A DNA stretch of 64,000 nt, taken from the NCBI GenBank assembly GCA_964016885.1, contig OZ024756.1, forward strand, positions 8,804,001 to 8,868,000. The letters are read 5' to 3'. A program made the translations under genes and the position numbers. This document shows positions 1-64,000 of this stretch, in pieces (positions within the stretch are counted from its first letter, which is position 1; every line of letters begins with the position of its first letter). Source of the DNA: Eledone cirrhosa (Eukaryota). A model generated the notes under the pieces. It was given only the letters and a program-made list of their open reading frames with translations, made no database searches and was not told the origin of the DNA.

Positions 1-3000
1 GTGTCTCAACTGTCTTCTATATTATTGTGGTTGCACTGTCTCCTATATTACAGTGGCTCAACTGTCTTCTATATTATAGTGGCTGCACTGTCTTCTATAT
101 TACAGTGTCTCAACTCTCTTCTATATTACAGTGTCTAAACTGTCTTCTATATTACAGTGTCTCAACTGTCTTCTATATTACAGTGTCTCAACTGTCTTCT
201 ATATTACAGTGTCTCAACTGTCTTCTATATTACAGTGTCTCAACTGTCTTCTATATTACAGTGGCTGCACTGTCTTCTATATTACAGTGTCTCAACTGTC
301 TTCTATATTACTGTGGTTACACTGTCTCCTATATTACTGTGGTTGCACTGTCTCCTATATTAGAGTGGCTAAACTGTCTTCTATATTACAGTGTCTAAAC
401 TGTCTTCTATATTACAGTGTCTCAACTGTCTTCTATATTACAGTGTCTAAACTGTCTTCTATATTACAGTGTCTCAACTGTCTTCTATATTACAGTGTCT
501 CAACTGTCTTCTATATTACAGTGTCTCAACTGTCTTCTATATTACAGTGTCTCAACTGTCTTCTATATTACTGTGGTTGCAATGTCTCCTATATTACAGT
601 GTCTCAACTGTCTTCTATATTACAGTGGCTCAACTGTCTTCTATATTACTGTGTCTCAACTGTCTTCTATATTACAGTGTCTCAACTGTCTTCTATATTA
701 CAGTGTCTCAACTGTCTTCTATATTACAGTAGCTCAACTGTCTTCTATATTACAGTGTCTCAACTGTCTTCTATATTACTGTGGTTGCACTGTCTCCTAT
801 ATTACAGTGTCTCAACTGTCTTCTATATTACAGTGGCTCAACTGTCTTCTATATTACTGTGTCTCAACTGTCTTATATATTACAGTGTCTCAACTGTCTT
901 CTATATTACAGTGTCTCACCTGTCTTCTATATTACAGTAGCTCAACTCTCTTCTATATTACAGTGTCTAAACTGTCTTCTATACTACAGTGTCTCAACTG
1001 TCTTCTATATTACAGTGTCTCAACTGTCTTCTATATTACAGTGTCTCAACTGTCTTCTATATTACAGTGTCTCAACTGTCTTCTATATTACAGTGTCTCA
1101 ACTGTCTTCTATATTACAGTAGCTCAACTGTCTTCTTTATTACAGTGTCTAAACTGTCTTCTATACTACAGTGTCTCAACTGTCTTCTATATTACAGTGT
1201 CTCAACTGTCTTCTATGTTACAGTGTCTCAACGGTCTTCTATATTACAGTGTCTCAACTGTCTTCTATATTACAGTGTCTCAACTGTCTTCTATATTACA
1301 GTGTCTCAACTGTCTTCTATATTACAGTGTCTCAACTGTCTTCTATATTACAGTGGCTGCACTGTCTTCTATATTACTGTGTCTCAACTGTCTTCTATAT
1401 TACAGTGTCTCAAATGTCTTCTATATTACAGTGTCTCAACTGTCTTCTATATTACAGTGTCTCAACTGTCTTCTATATTACAGTGTCTCAACTGTCTTCT
1501 ATATTACAGTGTCTCAACTGTCTTCTATATTACAGTAGCTCAACTGTCTTCTATATTACTGTGTCTCAACTGTCTTCTATATTACTGTGGTTGCACTGTC
1601 TCCTATATTACAGTGTCTCAACTGTCTTCTATATTACAGTGGCTCAACTGTCTTCTATATTACAGTGTCTCAACTGTCTTCTATACTACAGTGTCTCAAC
1701 AGTCTTCTATATTACAGTGTCTCAACTGTCTTCTATATTACAGTGTCTCAACTGTCTTCTATATTACAGTGTCTCAACTGTCTTCTATATTACAGTGTCT
1801 CAACTGTCTTCTATATTACAGTGTCTCAAATGTCTTCTATATTACAGTGTCTCAACTGTCTTCTATATCACAGTAGCTCAACTGTCTTCTATATTACAGT
1901 GTCTCAACTGTCTTCTATACTACAGTGTCTCAACTGTCTTCTATATTACAGTGTCTCAACTGTCTTCTATATTACAGTGTCTCAACTGTCTTCTATATTA
2001 CAGTGTCTCAACTGTCTTCTATATTACAGTGTCTCAACTGCCTTCTATATTACTATAGCTGAACTGTCTTCTATTATTACAGTAGCTCCACTGTCTCGTA
2101 TATTACAGTGTCTCAACTGTCTTCTATATTACTGTGGTTGCACTGTCTCCTATATTACAGTGTCTCAACTGTCTTCTATATTACAGTGTCTCAACTGTCT
2201 TCTATATTACAGTGTCTCAACTGTCTTCTATATTACAGTGTCAAAACTGTCTTCTATATTACAGTGTCTCAGCTGTCTTCTATATTACAGTGGCAGCACT
2301 GTCATTCTATATTAAAGTGTCTCAACTGTCTTCTATATTACAGTGTCTCAACTGTCTACTATATTACAGTGTCTCAACTGTCTTCTATATTACAGTAGCT
2401 CAACTGTCTTCTATATTACAGTGTCTCAACTGTCTTCTATATTACTGTGGTTGTACTGTCTCCTATATTACAGTGTCTCAACTGTCTTCTATATTACAGT
2501 GGCTCAACTGTCTTCTATATTACTGTGTCTCAACTGTCTTATATATTACAGTGTCTCAACTGTCTTCTATATTACAGTGTCTCACCTGTCTTCTATATCA
2601 CAGTAGCTCAACTGTCTTCTATATTACAGTGTCTAAACTGTCTTCTATACTACAGTGTCTCAACTGTCTTCTATATTACAGTGTCTCAACTGTCTTCTAT
2701 ATTACAGTGTCTCAACTGTCTTCTATATTACAGTGTCTCAACTGTCTTCTATATTACAGTGTCTCAACTGTCTTCTATATTACAGTAGCTCAACTGTCTT
2801 CTATATTACAGTGTCTCAACTGTCTTCTATATTACAGTGTCTCAACTGTCTTCTATATTACAGTGTCTCAACTGTCTTCTATATTACAGTAGCTCAACTG
2901 TCTTCTTTATTACAGTGTCTAAACTGTCTTCTATACTACAGTGTCTCAACTGTCTTCTATATTACAGTGTCTCAACTGTCTTCTATATTACAGTGTCTCA

Positions 3001-6000
3001 ACTGTCTTCTATATTACAGTGTCTCAACTGTCTTCTATATTACAGTGTCTCAACTGTCTTCTATATTACAGTGTCTCAACTGTCTTCTATATTACAGTGT
3101 CTCAACTGTCTTCTATATTACAGTGTCTCAACTGTCTTCTATATTACAGTGTCTCAACTGTCTTCTATATTACAGTGTCTCAACTGTCTTCTATATTACA
3201 GTGGCTGCACTGTCTTCTATATTACTGTGTCTCAACTGTCTTCTATATTACGGTGTCTCAAATGTCTTCTATATTACAGTGTCTCAACTGTCTTCTATAT
3301 TACGGTGTCTCAACTGTCTTCTATATTACAGTGTCTCAACTGTCTTCTATATTACAGTGTCTCAACTGTCTTCTATATTACAGTAGCTCAACTGTCTTCT
3401 ATATTACTGTGTCTCAACTGTCTACTGTCTTCTATATTACTGTGGTTGCACTGTCTCCTATATTACAGTGTCTCAACTGTCTTCTATATTACAGTGGCTC
3501 AACTGTCTTCTATATTACTGTGTCTCAACTGTCTTCTATATTACAGTGTCTCAACTGTCTTCTATACTACAGTGTCTCAACAGTCTTCTATATTACAGTG
3601 TCTCAACTGTCTTCTATATTACAGTGTCTCAACTGTCTTCTATATTACAGTGTCTCAACTGTCTTCTATATTACAGTGTCTCAACTGTCTTCTATATTAC
3701 AGTAGCTCAACTGTCTTCTATATTACTGTGTCTCAACTGTCTTTTATATTTCTGTGGTTGCACTGTCTCCTATATTACAGTGTCTCAACTGTCTTCTATA
3801 TTACAGTGGCTCAACTGTCTTCTATATTACTGTGTCTCAACTGTCTTCTATATTACAGTGTCTCAACTGTCTTCTATACTACAGTGTCTCAACAGTCTTC
3901 TATATTACAGTGTCTCAACTGTCTTCTATATTACAGTGTCTCAACTGTCTTCTATATTACAGTGTCTCAACTGTCTTCTATATTACAGTGTCTCAACTGT
4001 CTTCTATATTACAGTGTCTCAACTGTCTTCTATATTACAGTGTCTCAACTGTCTTCTATATTACAGTGTCTCAACTGTCTTCTATATCACAGTAGCTCAA
4101 CTGTCTTCTATATTACAGTGTCTCAACTGTCTTCTATACTACAGTGTCTCAACTGTCTTCTATATTACAGTGTCTCAACTGTCTTCTATATTACAGTGTC
4201 TCAACTGTCTTCTATATTACAGTGTCTCAACTGTCTTCTATATTACAGTGTCTCAACTGCCTTCTATATTACTATAGCTGAACTGTCTTCTATTATTACA
4301 GTAGCTCCACTGTCTCGTATATTACAGTGTCTCAACTGTCTCGTATATTACAGTGTCTCAACTGTCTTCTATATTACTGTGGTTGCACTGTCTCCTATAT
4401 TACAGTGTCTCAACTGTCTTCTATATTACAGTGTCTCAACTGTCTTCTATATTACAGTGTCTCAACTGTCTTCTATATTACAGTGTCTAAACTGTCTTCT
4501 ATATTACAGTGTCTCAACTGTCTTCTATATTACAGTGGCAGCACTGTCTTCTATATTACAGTGTCTCAACTGTCTTCTATATTACAGTGTGTCAACTGTC
4601 TTCTATATTACAGTGTGTCAACTGTCTTCTATATTACTGTGTCTCAACTGTCTTCTATATTACAGTGTCTCAACTGTCTTCTATATTACAGTGTCTCAAC
4701 TGTCTTCTATATTACTGTGGTTGCACTGTCTCCTATATTACAGTGTCTCAACTGTCTTCTATATTACAGTGTCTCAACTGTCTTCTATATTACAGTGTCT
4801 AAACTGTCTTCTATATTACAGTGTCTCAACTATCTTCTATATTACAGTGGCTGCACTGTCTTCTATATTACAGTGTCTCAACTGTCTTCTATATTACAGT
4901 GTCTCAACTGTCTTCTATATTACAGTGTCTCAACTGTCTTCTTTATTACAGTGTCTCAACTGTCTTCTATATTACTGTGGTTGCACTGTCTCCTATATTA
5001 CAGTGGCTCAACTGTCTTCTATATTACAGTGGCTGCACTGTCTTCTATATTACAGTGTCTCAACTCTCTTCTATATTACAGTGTCTAAACTGTCTTCTAT
5101 ATTACAGTGTCTCAACTGTCTTCTATATTACAGTGTCTCAACTGTCTTCTATATTACAGTGTCTCAACTGTCTTCTATATTACAGTGGCTGCACTGTCTT
5201 CTATATTACAGTGTCTCAACTGTCTTCTATATTACTGTGGTTGCACTGTCTCCTATATTACTGTGGTTGCACTGTCTCCTATATTACAGTGGCTCAACTG
5301 TCTTCTATATTACAGTGTCTCAACTGTCTTCTATATTACAGTGTCTTAACTGTCTTCTATATTACAGTGGCTGCACTGTCTTCTATATTACAGTGTCTCA
5401 ACTGTCTTCTATATTACAGTGTCTAAACTGTCTTCTATATTACAGTGTCTCAACTGTCCTCTATATTACAGTGTCTCAACTGTCTTCTATATTACAGTGG
5501 TTGTACTGTCTCCTATATTACAGTGGCTAAACTGTCTTCTATATTACAGTGTCTAAACTGTCTTCTATATTACAGTGTCTCAACTGTCTTCTATATTACA
5601 GTGTCTAAACTGTCTTCTATATTACAGTGTCTCAACTGTCTTCTATATTACAGTGTCTCAACTGTCTTCTATATTACAGTGTCTCAACTGTCTTCTATAT
5701 TACTGTGTCTCAACTGTCTTCTATATTACTGTGGTTGCACTGTCTCCTATATTACAGTGTCTCAACTGTCTTCTATATTACAGTGGCTCAACTGTCTTCT
5801 ATATTACTGTGTCTCAACTGTCTTCTATATTACAGTGTCTCAACTGTCTTCTATACTACAGTGTCTCAACAGTCTTCTATATTACAGTGTCTCAACTGTC
5901 TTCTATATTACAGTGTCTCAACTGTCTTCTATATTACAGTGTCTCAACTCTCTTCTATATTACAGTGTCTCAACTGTCTTCTATATTACTGTGGTTGCAC

Positions 6001-9000
6001 TGTCTCCTATATTACTGTGGTTGCACTGTCTCCTATATTACAGTGGCTCAACTGTCTTCTATATTACAGTGTTTCAACTGTCTTATATATTACAGTGGCT
6101 CAACTGTCTTCTATATTACAGTGTCTCAACTGTCTTCTATATTACAGTGTCTCAACTGTCTTCTATATTACAGTGGCTCAACTGTCTTCTATATTACATT
6201 GTCTCAACTGTCTTCTATATTACAGTGTCTCAACTGTCTTCTATATTACAGTGTCTCAACTGTCTTCTATATTACAGTGTCTCAACTGTCTTCTATACTA
6301 CAGTGTCTCAACTGTCTTCTATATTACAGTGTCTCAACTGTCTTCTATATTACTGTGGTTGCACTGTCTCCTATATTAAAGTGTCTCAACTGTCTTCTAT
6401 ATTACAGTGGTTCAACTGTCTTCTATATTACTGAGTCTCAACTGTCTTCAATATTACAGTGTCTCAACTGTCTTCTATATTACAGTGGCTCAACTGTCTT
6501 CTATATTACAGTGTCTCAACTGTCTTCTATATTACAGTGTCTCAACTGTCTTCTATATTACAGTGGCTCAACTGTCTTCTATATTACTGTGTCTCAACTG
6601 TCTTCTATATTACAGTGTCTCAACTGTCTTCTATATTACAGTGTCTCAACTGTCTTCTATATTACAGTGTCTCAACTGTCTTCTATATTACTGTGTCTCA
6701 ACTGTCTTCTATATTACAGTGTCTCAACTGTCTTCTATATTACAGTGTCTCAACTGTCTTCTATATTACAGTGTCTCAACTGTCTTCTATATTACAGTGT
6801 CTCAACTGTCTTCTATATTACAGTGGCTCAACTGTCTTCTATATTACAGTGTCTCAACTGTCTTCTATATTACAGTGTCTCAACTGTCTTCTATATTACG
6901 GTGTCTCAACTGTCTTCTATATTACAGTGTCTCAACTGTCTTCTATATTACAGTGTCTCAACTGTCTTCTATATTACAGTAGCTCAACTGTCTTCTATAT
7001 TACTGTGTCTCAACTGTCTACTGTCTTCTATATTACTGTGGTTGCACTGTCTCCTATATTACAGTGTCTCAACTGTCTTCTATATTACAGTGGCTCAACT
7101 GTCTTCTATATTACTGTGTCTCAACTGTCTTCTATATTACAGTGTCTCAACTGTCTTCTATACTACAGTGTCTCAACAGTCTTCTATATTACAGTGTCTC
7201 AACTGTCTTCTATATTACAGTGTCTCAACTGTCTTCTATATTACAGTGTCTCAACTGTCTTCTATATTACAGTGTCTCAACTGTCTTCTATATTACAGTA
7301 GCTCAACTGTCTTCTATATTACTGTGTCTCAACTGTCTTTTATATTTCTGTGGTTGCACTGTCTCCTATATTACAGTGTCTCAACTGTCTTCTATATTAC
7401 AGTGGCTCAACTGTCTTCTATATTACTGTGTCTCAACTGTCTTCTATATTACAGTGTCTCAACTGTCTTCTATACTACAGTGTCTCAACAGTCTTCTATA
7501 TTACAGTGTCTCAACTGTCTTCTATATTACAGTGTCTCAACTGTCTTCTATATTACAGTGTCTCAACTGTCTTCTATATTACAGTGTCTCAACTGTCTTC
7601 TATATTACAGTGTCTCAACTGTCTTCTATATTACAGTGTCTCAACTGTCTTCTATATTACAGTGTCTCAACTGTCTTCTATATCACAGTAGCTCAACTGT
7701 CTTCTATATTACAGTGTCTCAACTGTCTTCTATACTACAGTGTCTCAACTGTCTTCTATATTACAGTGTCTCAACTGTCTTCTATATTACAGTGTCTCAA
7801 CTGTCTTCTATATTACAGTGTCTCAACTGTCTTCTATATTACAGTGTCTCAACTGCCTTCTATATTACTATAGCTGAACTGTCTTCTATTATTACAGTAG
7901 CTCCACTGTCTCGTATATTACAGTGTCTCAACTGTCTTCTATATTACTGTGGTTGCACTGTCTCCTATATTACAGTGTCTCAACTGTCTTCTATATTACA
8001 GTGTCTCAACTGTCTTCTATATTACAGTGTCTCAACTGTCTTCTATATTACAGTGTCTAAACTGTCTTCTATATTACAGTGTCTCAACTGTCTTCTATAT
8101 TACAGTGGCAGCACTGTCTTCTATATTACAGTGTCTCAACTGTCTTCTATATTACAGTGTGTCAACTGTCTTCTATATTACAGTGTGTCAACTGTCTTCT
8201 ATATTACTGTGTCTCAACTGTCTTCTATATTACAGTGTCTCAACTGTCTTCTATATTACAGTGTCTCAACTGTCTTCTATATTACTGTGGTTGCACTGTC
8301 TCCTATATTACAGTGTCTCAACTGTCTTCTATATTACAGTGTCTCAACTGTCTTCTATATTACAGTGTCTAAACTGTCTTCTATATTACAGTGTCTCAAC
8401 TATCTTCTATATTACAGTGGCTGCACTGTCTTCTATATTACAGTGTCTCAACTGTCTTCTATATTACAGTGTCTCAACTGTCTTCTATATTACAGTGTCT
8501 CAACTGTCTTCTTTATTACAGTGTCTCAACTGTCTTCTATATTACTGTGGTTGCACTGTCTCCTATATTACAGTGGCTCAACTGTCTTCTATATTACAGT
8601 GGCTGCACTGTCTTCTATATTACAGTGTCTCAACTCTCTTCTATATTACAGTGTCTAAACTGTCTTCTATATTACAGTGTCTCAACTGTCTTCTATATTA
8701 CAGTGTCTCAACTGTCTTCTATATTACAGTGTCTCAACTGTCTTCTATATTACAGTGGCTGCACTGTCTTCTATATTACAGTGTCTCAACTGTCTTCTAT
8801 ATTACTGTGGTTGCACTGTCTCCTATATTACTGTGGTTGCACTGTCTCCTATATTACAGTGGCTCAACTGTCTTCTATATTACAGTGTCTCAACTGTCTT
8901 CTATATTACAGTGTCTTAACTGTCTTCTATATTACAGTGGCTGCACTGTCTTCTATATTACAGTGTCTCAACTGTCTTCTATATTACAGTGTCTAAACTG

Positions 9001-12000
9001 TCTTCTATATTACAGTGTCTCAACTGTCCTCTATATTACAGTGTCTCAACTGTCTTCTATATTACAGTGGTTGTACTGTCTCCTATATTACAGTGGCTAA
9101 ACTGTCTTCTATATTACAGTGTCTAAACTGTCTTCTATATTACAGTGTCTCAACTGTCTTCTATATTACAGTGTCTAAACTGTCTTCTATATTACAGTGT
9201 CTCAACTGTCTTCTATATTACAGTGTCTCAACTGTCTTCTATATTACAGTGTCTCAACTGTCTTCTATATTACTGTGTCTCAACTGTCTTCTATATTACT
9301 GTGGTTGCACTGTCTCCTATATTACAGTGTCTCAACTGTCTTCTATATTACAGTGGCTCAACTGTCTTCTATATTACTGTGTCTCAACTGTCTTCTATAT
9401 TACAGTGTCTCAACTGTCTTCTATACTACAGTGTCTCAACAGTCTTCTATATTACAGTGTCTCAACTGTCTTCTATATTACAGTGTCTCAACTGTCTTCT
9501 ATATTACAGTGTCTCAACTCTCTTCTATATTACAGTGTCTCAACTGTCTTCTATATTACTGTGGTTGCACTGTCTCCTATATTACTGTGGTTGCACTGTC
9601 TCCTATATTACAGTGGCTCAACTGTCTTCTATATTACAGTGTTTCAACTGTCTTATATATTACAGTGGCTCAACTGTCTTCTATATTACAGTGTCTCAAC
9701 TGTCTTCTATATTACAGTGTCTCAACTGTCTTCTATATTACAGTGGCTCAACTGTCTTCTATATTACATTGTCTCAACTGTCTTCTATATTACAGTGTCT
9801 CAACTGTCTTCTATATTACAGTGTCTCAACTGTCTTCTATATTACAGTGTCTCAACTGTCTTCTATACTACAGTGTCTCAACTGTCTTCTATATTACAGT
9901 GTCTCAACTGTCTTCTATATTACTGTGGTTGCACTGTCTCCTATATTAAAGTGTCTCAACTGTCTTCTATATTACAGTGGTTCAACTGTCTTCTATATTA
10001 CTGAGTCTCAACTGTCTTCTATATTACAGTGTCTCAACTGTCTTCTATATTACAGTGGCTCAACTGTCTTCTATATTACAGTGTCTCAACTGTCTTCTAT
10101 ATTACAGTGTCTCAACTGTCTTCTATATTACAGTGGCTCAACTGTCTTCTATATTACTGTGTCTCAACTGTCTTCTATATTACAGTGTCTCAACTGTCTT
10201 CTATATTACAGTGTCTCAACTGTCTTCTATATTACAGTGTCTCAACTGTCTTCTATATTACTGTGTCTCAACTGTCTTCTATATTACAGTGTCTCAACTG
10301 TCTTCTATATTACAGTGTCTCAACTGTCTTCTATATTACAGTGTCTCAACTGTCTTCTATATTACAGTGTCTCAACTGTCTTCTATATTACAGTGGCTCA
10401 ACTGTCTTCTATATTACAGTGTCTCAACTGTCTTTTATATTACAGTGTCTCAACTGTCTTCTATATTACAGTGTCTCAACTGTCTTATATATTACAGTGT
10501 CTCAACTGTCTTCTATATTACAGTGTCTCAACTGTCTTCTATATTAAAGTAGCTCAACTGTCTTCTATATTACAGTGTCTCAACTGTCTTATATATTACA
10601 TTGTCTCAACTGTCTTCTATATTACAGTGTCTCAACTGTCTTCTATATTACAGTAGCTCAACTGTCTTCTATATTACAGTGTCTAAACTGTCTTCTATAC
10701 TACAGTGTCTCAACTGTCTTCTATATTACAGTGTCTCAACTGTCTTCTATATTACAGTGTCTCAACTGTCTTCTATATTACAGTGTCTCAACTGTCTTCT
10801 ATATTACAGTGTCTCAACTGTCTTCTATATTACAGTAGCTCAACTGTCTTCTATATTACAGTGTCTCAACTGTCTTCTATATTACAGTGTCTCAACTGTC
10901 TTCTATATTACAGTAGCTCAACTGTCTTCTTTATTACAGTGTCTAAACTGTCTTCTATACTACAGTGTCTCAACTGTCTTCTATATTACAGTGTCTCAAC
11001 TGTCTTCTATATTACAGTGTCTCAACTGTCTTCTATATTACAGTGTCTCAACTGTCTTCTATATTACAGTGTCTCATCTGTCTTCTATATTACAGTGTCT
11101 CAACTGTCTTCTATATTACAGTGTCTCAACTGTCTTCTATATTACAGTGTCTCAACTGTCTTCTATATTACAGTGGCTGCACTGTCTCCTGTATTACAGT
11201 GTCTCAACTGTCTTCTATATTACAGTGGCTCAACTGTCTTCTATATTACTGTGTCTCAACTGTCTTCTATATTACAGTGTCTCAACTGTCTTCTATATTA
11301 CAGTGTCTCAACTGTCTTCTATATTACAGTGGCTGCACTGTCTCCTATATTACAGTGTCTCAACTGTCTTCTATATTACAGTGGCTCAACTGTCTTCTAT
11401 ATTACTGTGTCTCAACTGTCTTCTATATTACAGTGTCTCAACTGTCTTCTATATTACAGTGTCTCAACTGTCCTCTATATTACAGTGTCTCAACTGTCTT
11501 CTATATTACAGTGTCTCAACTGTCTTCTATATTACAGTGTCTCAACTGTCTTCTATATTACAGTGTCTCAACTGTCTTCTATATTACAGTGTCTCAACTG
11601 TCTTCTATATTACAGTGGCTCAACTGTCTTCTATATTACAGTGTCTCAACTGTCTTATATATTACAGTGTCTCAACTGTCTTATATATTACAGTGGCTCA
11701 ACTGTCTTCTATATTACAGTGTCTCAACTGTCTTCTATATTACAGTGTCTCAACTGTCTTCTATATTACAGTGTCTCAACTGTCTTCTATACTACAGTGT
11801 CTCAACTGTCTTCTATATTACAGTGTCTCAACTGTCTTCTATATTACTGTGGTTGCACTGTCTCCTATATTACAGTGTCTCAACTGTCTTCTATATTACA
11901 GTGGCTCAACTGTCTTCTATATTACTGTGTCTCAACTGTCTTCTATATTACAGTGTCTCAACTGTCTTCTATATTACAGTGGCTCAACTGTCTTCTATAT

Positions 12001-14948
12001 TACTGTGTCTCAACTGTCTTCTATATTACAGTGTCTCAACTGTCTTCTATATTACAGTGGCTCAACTGTCTTCTATATTACTGTGTCTCAACTGTCTTCT
12101 ATATTACAGTGTCTCAACTGTCTTCTATATTACAGTGGCTCAACTGTCTTCTATATTACTGTGTCTCAACTGTCTTCTATATTACAGTGTCTCAACTGTC
12201 TTCTATATTACAGTGTCTCAACTGTCTTCTATATTACAGTGTCTCAACTGTCTTTTATATTACAGTGTCTCAACTTTCTTCTATATTACAGTGTCTCAAC
12301 TGTCTTCTATATTACTGTGGTTGCACTGTCTCCTATATTACAGTGTCTCAACTGTCTTCTATATTACAGTGTCTCAACTGTCTCCTATATTACAGTGTCT
12401 AAACTGTCTTCTATATTACAGTGTCTGAACTTTCTTCTATATTACAGTGTTTCAACTGTCTTCTATATTACAGTGTCTCAACTGTCTTCTATATTACTGT
12501 GGTTGCACTGTCTCCTATATTACAGTGGCTCAACTGTCTTCTATATTACAGTGGCTGCACTGTCTTCTATATTACAGTGTCTCAACTGTCTTCTATATTA
12601 CAGTGTCTAAACTGTCTTCTATATTACAGTGTCTCAACTGTCTTCTATATTACAGTGGCTGCACTGTCTTCTATATTACAGTGTCTCAACTGTCTTCTAT
12701 ATTACAGTAGCTTAACTGTCTTCTATTATTACAGTAGCTCCACTGTCTCGTATATTACAGTAGCTCAACTGTCTTCTATGTTACAGCATCTCAACTGTCT
12801 TCTATATTACAGTGTCTCAACTGTCTTCTATATTACAGTGTTTCAACTGTCTTCTATATTACAGTGTCTCAACTGTCTTCTATATTACAGTGGCTCAACT
12901 GTCTTCTATATTACTGTGTCTCAACTGTCTTCTATATTACAGTGTCTCAACTGTCTTCTATATTACAGTGTCTCAACTGTCTTCTATATTACAGTGTTTC
13001 AACTGTCTTCTATATTACAGTGTCTCAACTGTCTTCTATATTACAGTGTCTCAACTGTCTTCTATATTACTGTGGTTGCACTGTCTCCTATATTACAGTG
13101 TCTCAACTGTCTTCTATATTACAGTGGCTCAACTGTCTTCTGTATTACTGTGTCTCAACTGTCTTCTATATTACAGTGTCTCAACTGTCTTCTATATTAC
13201 AGTGTCTCAACTGTCTTCTATATTACAGTGTCTCAACTGTCTTCTATATTACTGTGTTTGCACTGTCTCCTATATTACAGTGTCTCAACTGTCTTCTATA
13301 TTACAGTGGCTCAACTGTCTTCTATATTACTGTGTCTCAACTGTCTTCTATATTACTGTGTTTGCACTGTCTCCTATATTACTGTGGTTGCACTGTCTCC
13401 TATACTACAGTGTCTCAACTGTCTTCTATATTACAGTGTCTAAACTGTCTTCTATATTACAGTGTCTCAACTGTCTTCTATATTACTGTGGTTGCACTGT
13501 CTCCTATATTACAGTGTCTCAACTGTCTTCTTTATATACAGTGTCTCAACTGTCTTCTATATTACAGTGTTTCAACTGTCTACTATACTAGAGTGTCTCA
13601 ACTGTCTTCTATATTACAGTGTCTCAACTGTCTTCTATTTTACAGTGTCTGAACTGTCTTCTATACTACAGTGTCTCAACTGTCTACTATACTACAGTGT
13701 CTCAACTGTCTACTATACTAGAGTGTCTCAACTGTCTTCTATATTACAGTGTCTCAACTGTCTTCTATACTACAGTGTCTCAACTGTCTTCTATACTACA
13801 GTGTCTCAACTGTCTTCTATATTACAGTGTCTCAACTGTCTTCTATATTACAGTGTCTCAACTGTCTTCTATATTACTGTGGTTGCACTGTCTCCTATAT
13901 TACAGTGTCTCAACTGTATTCTTTATATACAGTGTCTCAACTGTCTTCTATATTACAGTGTCTCAACTGTCTTCTATATTACAGTGTCTGAACTGTCTTC
14001 TATACTACAGTGTCTCAACTGTCTACTATACTAGAGTGTCTCAACTGTCTTCTATATTACAGTGTCTCAACTGTCTTCTATTTTACAGTGTATGAACTGT
14101 CTTCTATACTACAGTGTCTCAACTGTCTACTATACTACAGTGTCTCAACTGTCTACTATACTAGAGTGTCTCAACTGTCTTCTATATTACAGTGTCTCAA
14201 CTGTCTTCTATACTACAGTGTCTCAACTGTCTTCTATATTACAGTGTCTCAACTGTCTTCTATATTACAGTGTCTCAGCTGTCTTCTATATTACAGTGTC
14301 TCAACTGTCTTCTATTATTACAGTAGCTCCACTGTCTCGTATATTACAGTAGATCAACTGTCTTCTATATTACAGCGTCTCAACTGTCTTCTATATTACA
14401 GTGTCTCAACTGTCTTCTATATTACAGTGTCTCAACTGTCTTCTATACTACAGTGTCTCAACTGTCTTCTTTATATACAGTGTGTCAACTGTCTTCTATA
14501 TTACAGTGTCTCAACTGTCTACTATACTAGAGTGTCTCAACTGTCTTCTATATTACAGTGTCTCAACTGTCTTCTATACTACAGTGTCTCAACTGTCTTC
14601 TATATTACAGTGTCTCAACTGTCTTCTATATTACAGTGTCTCAACTGTCTTCTATATTACAGTGTCTCAACTGTCTTCTATATTACAGTGTCTCAACTGT
14701 CTTCTATATTACAGTGTCTCAACTGTCTTCTATATTACAGTGTCTCAACTGTCTTCTATATGACAGTGTCTCAACTGTCTTCTATACTACAGTGTCTCAA
14801 CTGTCTTCTATATTACAGTGTCTCAACTGTCTTCTATATTACAGTGTCTCAACTGTCTTCTATATTGCAGTGTCTCAACTGTCTTCTATATTACAGTGGC
14901 TCAACTGTCTTCTATATTACTGTGTCTCAACTGTCTTCTTTATTACAG

Positions 14949-14956
<8 letters not shown>
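1..14956 (+). repeat. 26-bp tandem satellite (GTGTCTCAACTGTCTTCTATATTACA), about 575 units, open at the window start
   Basis: Continuous 26-bp periodicity with recurrent variants (tgtggttgcactgtctcc, tagctcaa, tggctcaa). The last unit merges into the exon at 14949. Confidence 0.99.
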
Positions 14957-63686
<48,730 letters not shown>

Positions 63687-63955
63687 GTGAGTATTTTTCT
63701 GTAATTAATAAACACCTTTAATGAATACCTTTAATGAATTAATAAACATTTTTATTAATTCATTATTTCATCAAGATAAACTACTCATATATTTCCAATT
63801 CCACCCTGCCCGTCCCCTCAATCTATCTTATTTCTCATTCTGATGAAGGACTAGCGTCCGAAATGTTACGACCCTCTTCCTGCTATATCAAGTGTTAACC
63901 TAATATATACCTTCCATATACTGTACCGATTGTGTTGTTATTTCTGTTTACCTTT

Positions 63956-63990
<35 letters not shown>

Positions 63991-64000
63991 GTGTGTATAT

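Noticed and set aside
27-14940. Long ORFs up to 1027 aa in the 26-bp array
   Set aside because: The repeat consensus has no stop in any + frame, and the same peptide appears in all three frames. Not a gene.

Overview
Eukaryotic, AT-rich, repeat-dense genomic DNA, most likely octopus or another coleoid cephalopod (inferred from the SINE and RTE families). One + strand gene runs through the window: FBXL13 (F-box/LRR protein 13, dynein regulatory complex subunit DRC6). I could read 15 GT-AG exons with consistent phases (14949-63686, about 552 codons). The gene is open at both window edges. Its introns hold large minisatellites (26, 48, 27, 10, 20, 40 and 16 bp units), a near full-length RTE-type LINE with a PHD-like finger plus truncated copies, a complete but decayed 6.1 kb Helitron nested in a TTAA/CCC piggyBac-like MITE, a Penelope GIY-YIG fragment and tRNA-derived SINEs. 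The most unusual signals are these. (1) Many foldback palindromes whose arms carry hammerhead-ribozyme motifs, from several distinct families. (2) A 15 kb satellite whose unit is the exon's own splice acceptor. (3) An inverted SINE pair tightly bracketing exons 6-13, which predicts a 993-nt stop-free circRNA. Almost all long ORFs in the supplied track are artefacts of tandem repeats.
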